In this document: piece after piece, positions 53,795-64,000 of the stretch
Numbering within the stretch: the first letter of the stretch is position 1
How the letters are laid out: each line of letters starts with the position of its first letter
Origin: Octopus vulgaris
Lineage: Eukaryota
Reading direction: 5' to 3'
DNA length: 64,000 nt
NCBI GenBank assembly: GCA_951406725.2
Contig: OX597818.1
Coordinates: forward strand, 119,536,001-119,600,000
Position numbers and translations under genes: made by a program
The notes under the pieces: generated by a model
The model's database searches: none
What the model was told of the DNA's origin: nothing
The model's input: the letters and a program-made list of their open reading frames with translations, nothing else

Positions 53795-54203
53795 TGTATG
53801 CAGGTATGTCATTATTCAGTTTATTTCAAGATTTCTTGCCAATAGAAAAAGGGCCGGTTTCTAACCTAGATCCAAGGTTCATTGGAATTTCAATATCAAC
53901 AAATGAGTATTTTTGCTTGTATGTATGTGTGTGTGTATGTATGTATGTATGTATGTATGTATGTATGTATGTATGTATGTATGTATGTATGTATGTATGT
54001 ATGTATGTGCAGATTTGTATGTTTCATGTATGCATATAGTTACATATCTGGACATGCTCATATGTATTTAATTGATTAATTTCTGGCAAGTTTTACAGGT
54101 TTTTACAGTTCCAGTGATGGATTGGATCGGTAGCATTCGAATTAGCTTTCTCCTTTCTGGTTTTGAGAAGCCTAATTTCTCAGGATTGGTATTTAGCCAG
54201 TGT
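53795..54203 (-). mobile_element. 5'-truncated RLE-type non-LTR 3' end embedded in (ATAC)n
   Basis: HWLNTNPEKLGFSKPERRKLIR..IQSITGTVKTCKTCQK, then a 3' UTR homologous to 40685-41165. Confidence 0.7.
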
Positions 54204-54209
54204 ATATAA

Positions 54210-54256
<47 letters not shown>

Positions 54257-54308
54257 TGTATGTATGTATGCATGTATATATATGTATGTATGTATGTATG
54301 CATGCATG

Positions 54309-54340
<32 letters not shown>

Positions 54341-54735
54341 TGTATGTATGTATGTATGTATGTATGTATGTATGCATGTATGTATGTATGGGTGTTAAAA
54401 CTCCTGAGTCATAGACAGGCGAGACAACTCCAATCCCATAGAGGAGTGATGGCTATCGATATTTCGCATTGTTTTTGGCTAATCAGCATCACGTGCCTGA
54501 ATCGAACCGGAGACGAGTCGAATCACCAGTTTATGACTATATAGAGTGCAAAACCATTCGCTGGTATGCTGCGGCGTTGCGCCGGCGAACAGACAAAATA
54601 TAAACATTGAGTATGAGTGGTCGATAATGTTTACAACACTAGCGCTTCTTTTAATTCATAATTGAATATATATGTGTGTGTGTGTGAGTATGTGTGTATG
54701 TGTGAATGTGTGTATGTGTGAGTGTGTGTGTGTGT

Positions 54736-55087
54736 GGAGGCGCAATGGCCCAGTGGTTAGGGCAGCGTACTCGCGGTCGTAGGATCACAGTTTCGATTAC
54801 CAGGCCGGGCGCTGTGAGTGCTTATTGGGCGAAAATACCTAAAGCTCCACGAGGCTCCGGCAAGGGGTAGTGGTGGTGAACCCTGTTGTACTCTTTCACC
54901 ACAACTTTCTCTCATTCTTTCTTCCTGTTTCTGTTGTACTTGTATTTCAAAGGGCCAGTTTTGTCACACCCTGTATCATGCTGAGTCTCCCCGAGAATTA
55001 CATTAAGGATACAGGTGGAATGATCAGCAACTTGCACGTTAATCGGATCAACTGGAACCCTCACCGTCGTAACCGACGGAGTGCCAC
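54736..55087 (+). mobile_element. SINE C (head C + tail X)
   Basis: GGAGGCGCAATGGCCCAGTGGTTAGGGCAGCG...GTTTCGATTACC...CCGACGGAGTGCC. Confidence 0.9.
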
Positions 55088-55104
55088 AAAGATATATATA
55101 TATA

Positions 55105-56370
55105 TGATTGATTGATTGATTAATTGATTCTAGTTTCAGCTCATGAGCTGTGGCCATGCTGGGGCACCGCCATTTGGTGTTGCTACATGGTTTTACTTCA
55201 CGAAAGCTTTTTAGCAACTGCCATTTGGTGCATTAGATAGTTCGATGCAGCTGCCCTCATCTGCACCTCCTGCCGTGAAGTTGGTTCATCTGGGACACCT
55301 GACAGGAAGAGATCCAGTTTCATTTTAAAGACATCTGCATCCACCCCATGCAGGTCTCTTAGGTTCTTCGGGAGGATATTGAAGAGCTGTGGGCCTCGGA
55401 AGCCCAGGCTATCACAGTATATTGTCCTACATCTTGATGGCAAATTTGGAGTCCTAGGCACCACGCAGTGGCGCCCAGTTCTGGCATTTGTGTAACTCTC
55501 GATGCCAAAGTTTGGGACAAGTCCCTTCAGGATCTTCCAGATGTATATTATGGCATATCTTTCCCGCCTACGCTCCAAGGAATATAGTTTTAATCTCTTG
55601 AGTCTTTCCCAGTAGCTGATATTCTGCATAGAGGCTATCTTCTTCGTGTAGCTACGTTGGATCGCCTCAAGTTCTGTGATCAACTTGACACTGGATGGTG
55701 ACCATAACTGAGAGCAATAGTCAAAGTGGCTTAGGACAAGTGTCCTCCAGAGGACCATCATGGTTTCTTGTTCTCTTGTTCTAAAGGTTCTGAGAATCCA
55801 TCCGGCCAGTCGTCTACATTTCATTGCCAATTTAGCAACATGTACACGAAAGGTTGCGTCATCACTCATGTAAATACCCAGGTCACGCACTTCCTCCGGG
55901 TCCAGTGTATTCATTGGGTATTGCATTTAGTTTTGCATGCTGATAGTATAAAGCTTGAATCTTTTCAGCATTGAACTGCATGCTATTCTTTTCAGCCCAC
56001 TTGTATATTTTGTCCAGCTCACATTGCAGGCGTTTAGTGTCCTCAGGGTTCTGTATTGCCTGTGAAACTTTTGTATCATCTGCATAACTTGTGATCGTGG
56101 CTCTCTGCGTGGCTGAGGGCATGTCTGAGAGGGCCATTATGAACAGTAGTGGTCCCAAAACAGTGCCCTGCGGAACACCGCTTACTATTTGCATGTTAAT
56201 GGAAGTGGCCCCATTGGCTACTACCACCTGACTTCTATCTTTCAGAAAGTCATGAAGCCATTCTCCCAGTTTTCCAACTATGTTGAGATCACGCAGTTTG
56301 TGACATATCATTCCATGATCGATTTTATCAAAGGCCTTTGCAAAGTCGAGATATATCACTTCCATATTTG
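55105..56370 (-). mobile_element. Second copy of the L2/CR1-group LINE, 5'-truncated, with a frameshifting deletion near 55890
   Basis: [13 protein letters not shown]...[13 protein letters not shown]...YADDTK...LYSLERRRERY; (ATCA)n tail; highly similar to 5119-6235. Confidence 0.95.
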
Positions 56371-56371
56371 A

Positions 56372-56402
<31 letters not shown>

Positions 56403-56422
56403 CACACACACATATATATATA

Positions 56423-56481
<59 letters not shown>

Positions 56482-56487
56482 ATGTGC

Positions 56488-56518
<31 letters not shown>

Positions 56519-56688
56519 CACATACATGTGTATATATATATATACATATATATATATATACACATACATGGGTATATATATATATACATATATATATATA
56601 TACATATACATGTGTATATATATGCATATACATATATATATATACACATACATGTGTATATATATATATATATATACATATACATGTG

Positions 56689-56720
<32 letters not shown>

Positions 56721-56732
56721 AGCATACATGTG

Positions 56733-56772
<40 letters not shown>

Positions 56773-56975
56773 CATATACTCATGCATCAGATGGCGTTTG
56801 CTAAAAAGCATCCGTGAGGTAAAATCGTGTAGCAAACCAAATGGCGGCGCCCCAGCATGGCCACAGCTCATTAGCTGAAACTGGAAAAATCAAATCAATC
56901 AAATCAATCAATCAATCATACATGTGTATATATATATATACACATATACATATATATATACATATATACATATAC

Positions 56976-57020
<45 letters not shown>

Positions 57021-57292
57021 AATATATATATATACATATACATGTGTATATATATATATACATATATATATATACATATACATGTGTATATATATATATA
57101 TATACATATACATGTGTATATATATATATATACATACACACGTGCATATATATATATACATATACATGTGTATATATATATATACATATACATGTGTATA
57201 TCTATACATATACATACACACATATACATATACACACACATATACACATATACATATATATATATATACACATATATCTATATCTATATATT

Positions 57293-57333
<41 letters not shown>
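56372..57333. repeat. Complex (TA)n array with recurring TACATGTGTA unit
   Basis: Direct reading. Confidence 0.95.
56780..56918 (+). mobile_element. Short 3' tip of the same LINE family
   Basis: CATGCATCAGATGGC...AAATGGCGGCGCCCCAGCATGGCCACAGCTCATTAGCTGAAACT and (ATCA)n. Confidence 0.88.
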
Positions 57334-57341
<8 letters not shown>

Positions 57342-58454
57342 ATGTGTGGGTGCGTGTTTGCGTGCGTGCATATCAGATTTTTCACATAACAGTTAATTAT
57401 TTAATTAGTTAATTACAGGGTTGACAATCGTACGTGTAGGGAAGAAATTGTCTATTTACATCTGTTTGAGGTTTCAAAACGATAGTTTTAATAAGCCGTA
57501 GTTTGACAACGTAAAGTTGTTCATTTCTAAATATTTATCAATTAATCATACAGCCGACGAACGACTATAACAGTTAAGTTTTTGCTTGTGGTTGATTTAA
57601 ATAGCGAGTTCCTTTTCTGTGCGGAAGAATGAGAGTGTATTTAGTCGATCACAAGTAGTCAAAGAAACGACAGATATGTATTGGCAATCTTCTTCCTTTC
57701 TCTAATGCAAACGAAAGAATTACTTTGTATCAATGTAAAGTTTACAACGAAGATGTGTTCCGATTTGTGTCTTGAGATTATTCTTTTGGATGTGTACGTT
57801 TGTCGTCAGCTCATTCTACGAGTAAAAAACGGCAACTCCATACGTTTTAGAACACTTGTGCGTGTCTTACTATTCAGATTTCATACTGCTTGATTCAATA
57901 CAGAAATGTTATTTTATAATTATGCACTGTCTATAATTTCATTAACTAAATGCTATAATATGGTTTAGAATCATCCATCTATTCACCTGTTATTTATAGA
58001 CACGAATTACTTTAATAGAAATCAAATGGTAACAATATCTTAGAACGCGTACTTTAACACTTTCTATTCAGGAATCGTATATCTACAACAAACTTCGTCA
58101 CTTGACATTTTCTTATATATTTTTTTAACTTTCATTTGTAACATTATTACGTCATTCTTCACTTTTCTTGTATTTTACTTTATTTTATTCTGCAAACCAT
58201 TATGCTATCTATTTTTCGCCATTTGATCACTCTCTAATTCATTTCTCTTCTTCCTAAGCAATTGAATATGTTTCTTAAATGGAACTCTTAAGAACTGCTT
58301 GTATCATTTGAAATTATAACAATATTTCATGCTGTCTACTATATAAAGTGACTGCTGTACAGTTCAAGTTTTACACTTATCTTACAATATGTAAGAAACG
58401 CGAAGACAACGGTTTGGAATTTGAGTTGAATCATCACACACTCTCACACGCACG

Positions 58455-58705
<251 letters not shown>

Positions 58706-58739
58706 GGGAAGTATGGGGAAGCTCATCATCAAAAAGATT

Positions 58740-59141
58740 AATTGGATCATTCATTTTGATGGTACCATTAGTGGACAGGCGGAATGGACGAGAACATTCA
58801 GCAGAATACCCTCCGCCTTCATCGGACTTCACACTACTGGAATTTTTAGAGTGACACTTAAAATATTAAGTTCACAGCACAAAGCTGGCAATACTCGACG
58901 AATTGAGGGTAGCAATTGATCGAGAATACGCATAAATGCCGAACGAAATATTTCTTGGTATTGGCAATTCTATTGTTTCACATTATCAGCTGTACCTGGA
59001 CTACAATGGCCATCAGTCTGAAACCAGGCCTTCCTAAAGAATTAAGGTTTTGTATGTAACTTCTATTAAATTTTATCAAGGAAATACTCTTTGATAAACG
59101 CTGATTTTATTCGATATGTGTACATTTTTTGAAACACCCTA
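58740..59141 (+). mobile_element. Tc1/mariner (rosa/DD41D-like) transposase 3' remnant with TIR
   Basis: AEYPPPSSDFTLLEF...LK..VHSTK...LDELRVAIDRE...LDYNGHQSE resembles WPPRSPDLTPLDF...NGHQFE; ends TTTTTTGAAACACCCT. Confidence 0.75.
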
Positions 59142-59473
59142 TATCTATCTATATTCAAATTCTTCTCCTCTAGGACCGCACTCTTTTGATTAAGGCGCGG
59201 GGCAAGATGACTGATCTCAGAACTATAAGTTTCTGAGTTCAGTCATGCTGGTTGGGAAATAAATTAACTTCTTAATAGACTGACAATACCTGCTTCCCTT
59301 CAGCTATTTATTCTTACTGTATATCGCTGGCTATTCCACGAACACTTGTACACTTCAAGCAGTATGAGCGTGATATAGTGTACGACAAAAATCCCAACCA
59401 CTCTTTTTTTATATTATTATTATTCACATTAAGCTCCGATAAACACGTTATCTACCAGATCTGAGAAATATTT

Positions 59474-59968
<495 letters not shown>

Positions 59969-60295
59969 ATTTGCTGAATTTTTCATTAAAAAAAATATCG
60001 TTTTCTAAACGTTATGAGGAAACAATGTCGAAGAAGGTAAATTATTTCAAATTCTTCTTTCAACCACATCGAAAGATGTTTCCACAACCACTTTCGATGT
60101 GTTGAGAATGTCATTAAAAGAAAGTATCCATTTTTCAGAACGTTATGAGGAAACAAACTCTGTAATTACGCCCTAAATTTATTTATTGGGTGAATACTAC
60201 CATTAAACCAATAAAGAAGACAAAGGAAAATTAGACATAACATATTGGAAAAATTACACAAATTGGGGTTCAAAGGGGTGAATATCACATAGCAA

Positions 60296-60690
60296 CTAGC
60301 AGAAAACCACCCGAAGGGCGGTCTTTCATCTGGTGTCATTCATGCGTTTGAAAACAGATAAACATATAGTCATATCTCTCTTTCTCCTCTCTCTCTCTCT
60401 CTCTCTTTCACTCTCTCTCTCTTCTACTCCCTCTCTTCTCTTCTCTCTCTTCTCCCCTCCCTCCTCTTCCCTCTCCTACCTCTCTCTTCCTCGCTACTCC
60501 GCCTCTCGCTCTCCTCGTCTCTCTCCTCCTATCTCTCTCTTCCTCTCACTCTCTTCCTCTCGCTCTCCTTCTCTCCCCTCCTCCTCCTCTCCTCCTCCTC
60601 TCTCTCTCTTCCACTCTCTCCTCCCCCTCTATTTCCTTCTCTTCTCTCTTTCTTCCTCCTCTCTATGTTTCCCTCCTTTATTCCTTCCTT
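60296..60690 (-). mobile_element. Helitron 3' terminus with adjoining (GA)n-rich body
   Basis: Minus strand GACCGCCC-TTC-GGGTGGTT hairpin, 5 nt, then CTAG|T; 5' extent uncertain. Confidence 0.65.
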
Positions 60691-62150
60691 TCTTACACTT
60701 AAGTATCCCACCTGATGGCTCTAATTACAAAATCATAATTACATGCCAAACATATGGTGAACGTCTGAAAACTTAGAGAGTTTGACTGAATGCGTATTGG
60801 CAATTAATTTCAACTCTCCACGTTATGAGTTCAAATACCAGGAATGTAATGCTGCAAATTTAATACACTAAACCTCTAAAATCCCTGACCTCACAAAATT
60901 TAAGGAAACTTGAGTGACATTTTGGAGAAGATTTGGTCACATAAATTCGTACCAGACCTCTTTTAATCCTATGACCACCTCCAGGTTTTCCTACAGACAT
61001 TCACCGGAAGATATAGTCGGTATCAATTTAACAGGTATAAGACAGCCTGTAAAAATCACATGCACAGCTCGCGCTCTCCATGCTAACTTATATGTAAGCG
61101 ATGACATTTATGCAGAATTTGAAAAGAAACTATGTTGCTTGGTGTGGTGAGAGATGCGAGAAAGGTGTATGCGATACAGAATGGAGGATAACAAACAAGT
61201 TAAATATTTACAGTGAAAGTCAATACCTCATTTAATTGCATGGAAACCAACAGAATTAAATGGAATGACATAAATAGCAGCTCCGTTTGTTAGGTATTCA
61301 TTCAATGAAGGTTGTAGATTTAATATTTTCTAGTTGTAAAACGCGAACATTTGTGAGGATTAAGCTAACAGGTTACAGCCTGATAATAAATAACTTGCGG
61401 GACAAAAGCAAAAATGGCTGGGAGATGGGAAGAGAATATAGAAATGAAGTAAAGAGGAAGAGAAATATTGGATAAGACGGAGCTGACTGTAAACGGAGGA
61501 AAAGCTATCAAATATGGACAAGGCATAACGAAAGACTGGCTATTTACTGTTTGAAAAAGACAATTAGCGACATACAAAAAGATATATAGTGTAAGGCGTG
61601 GAGTTCTAAAGCGAACATTTAATGTGTGTAGAGATAAGAATGAAGACAATGTACCAATGGTGTAGATAGATACAAGGCAATTAATCTTTGTCATAAAGGA
61701 AAGGACGTCTATGAGGATGAATGGTAATAAGATATGTTAATGAAGTAGATATCAGTACAGACATTTTTCCAATGAAATATCAATACATAAGATTAGTTCA
61801 TTATTACATTCAGATATTGGAATACGCTTGCCGCGGATTTCTGGTAGTCTAGTCACCTGTTAGTCCGTGTTATATGCAAATTTGCTTTGAAATAGTTAGA
61901 CAGATGTGTGATAGTTGCTACGATCACGCGGTTGTTAAGTCATGCGTGGTTCGTTTCTCATCAGCGGATTCATTATTACTTTTCGGCCTTGTAAAATTTT
62001 TTTTTTTTTTTTGGAGATCTCTTATCTGTCAGATCTTCAACGGAAAAATCAAAACAGTTGAGTATTTCTAGCAATTATTGATGAGGAATAGTAAGAGAAA
62101 GTTTCGTACTCAGTTTTAAGACGTATTCAATTCTATATTTTCGGGTAAAT

Positions 62151-62191
<41 letters not shown>

Positions 62192-62192
<1 letters not shown>

Positions 62193-62409
62193 TCTTTTAC
62201 TTGTTTCAGTCATTTGACTGTGGCCATGGGCCATGTTGGAGCACTGCCTTTAGTCGAGCAAATCGACCCCAGGACATATTCTTTGTAAGCCTAGTACTTA
62301 TAGTACTTATTCTATCGGTCTCTTTTACCGAACCTCTAAGTTACGGGGACGTAAACACGCCAGCATCGATTGTCAAGCGATGTTGGGGGACAGACACAAA
62401 CACACAAAC

Positions 62410-62442
<33 letters not shown>

Positions 62443-62557
62443 CACACATATACGACGGGCTTCTTTCAGTTTCTGTCTATGCCACGCAGTGGGACTGAAC
62501 CTGGAACCATGTGGTTGGTAAGCAAGCTACTTACCACACAGCCACTCCTACGCCTAG
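62192..62557 (-). mobile_element. SINE A with an internal deletion
   Basis: Core TTTCTGTCTA is joined directly to TGCCACGCAG. Confidence 0.9.
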
Positions 62558-64000
62558 GAGTGTATTATGTATTTGTATGCATCCTATATATCAATGGTTC
62601 TTAGCTCGAGAACAGCTAGCCATCTTTCAACGAGCGAGCATAGAAGTAATGGAGTTCCATACTTAACCAGGAGTGTTTGTCTAACATTTTTTGGAAAAGC
62701 ACTCAAAATTTCCATACATCTCTGATAATGGGTGCAGATGGAATTTATAACCTGGTTACAACAGCTGTAGGTTCTACTATACGATCACCATATAGTTTAT
62801 ATAATATATGTGTGCCCGTCTCTGTGTGTGTATGTATCTCTGTGTGTACGTATGTATCTCAGCATATATGCGTGTATTCGTATGATTTTATTTAACCATA
62901 AAGCAAATAAATGCCCATCTCTTAATAAGACAATGTGCAATCGACATGTTTTGACATCAACCATGGTACATTAGTAGAAAACAGTTTAAGTCAGCATTAA
63001 ACTATATAATTACGTTTTTGAACCCAATGAGGGAGCATTAACTGACCGTCCAATCCGTTAGGAATATCAGAAATATCTGTCTCAAATCACAGCCTCCCGT
63101 CGTAAAACAAAATACATTTTATGTGGTCAAGTATTTTATGTGGTCAATGCCTGGAAATAGATAGAATTTTATCATAGATCTCTGGCTAAACAACAGCAGC
63201 AACAGCAAAAAGACTCTTTGATTGCATATTGTATTATAGACTGACTCGAGTTTTCCGTTTTGGATTGCCTGAAGTTACAAGATGCATGCGATTAACACTA
63301 AGACAAATATACGTAAGCGATAGCTGAAATTTCAATAAAGAATGAAAGTGACTTTTAGAACACTCTAGTCTAGAACCTACTCACCTCATTCTGTAGAACT
63401 AAGTATTCATATAGTTTCGTCGTTCATATTTCTATTAGAAATGTGAAATATATGAAAGGATATATATTATAGGAGATATTGTGCTGATTGAAATATACAT
63501 AGACGAAGAAATGGACAAGAAATAAAACAAACGAAACTGATAATTCATATCTGAATAGCGTCATTTATTTTTAAATATAAACTCCGAATGCTTTGGAGGA
63601 CGAGAGAAAGAAATAGATATTTATCATTTATAATTAGAATTCCTTCAAGCATTCACAGAATCAATTGTTGTCTGTGATGCGTGATTTGATATTAGTTTCA
63701 TGTATGGAAATCCATCAAACAATTTCAACAGCTGATTATATTATTGTAAATTCCAACCAAAATATTCAGAAATTGTCGCTAAAACGAATAATAGTTCCTT
63801 CCAAAATGAACCTCATTATTCCCATAACTTTACACAGATTAATTATACAATAGAATGCCAAACTAATCATCTAATATTATTTATTCACAATAATCAGAAT
63901 TCTGGTTTCAGTTTTCGAGTTTTGTTTGCAGAAACAATAGTCTTGGTTTCTATTCAATTGGCTATATTACTGTCATACCCCAATAAATATCAGCAATGTG

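Noticed and set aside
60900-61730. Purine-rich stretch suggestive of a decayed LINE (also about 34480-35500)
   Set aside because: No diagnostic motif could be read with confidence.

Overview
AT-rich, repeat-dominated eukaryotic (animal) DNA. I recognise no host protein-coding gene. The mix of tRNA-derived SINE families and the very heavy (TA)n/(TG)n/(TATG)n load looks like an octopus/cephalopod genome; this is an inference and is not verified. Most listed ORFs are microsatellite translations. The real coding remnants are all transposon-derived: two young L2/CR1-group (Crack/Daphne-like) LINE RT fragments, a decayed RTE, R4/Dong-like RLE pieces, a Penelope-like GIY-YIG endonuclease, a Helitron Rep/helicase fragment and three Tc1/mariner lineages. 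The most interesting signal is a set of short elements lodged in simple repeats that carry minimal type-I hammerhead ribozyme motifs (CUGANGA...GAAA-palindrome-UH) and/or inverted partial duplications typical of Penelope-like elements. One of them has a tRNA-like Pol III head, making it a candidate SINE/retrozyme hybrid (52341-52652). Also present: several long hairpins, a LINE/SINE shared 3' tail, modular SINE head/tail swapping and weak candidates for spliced host transcripts. All alignments were done by eye.
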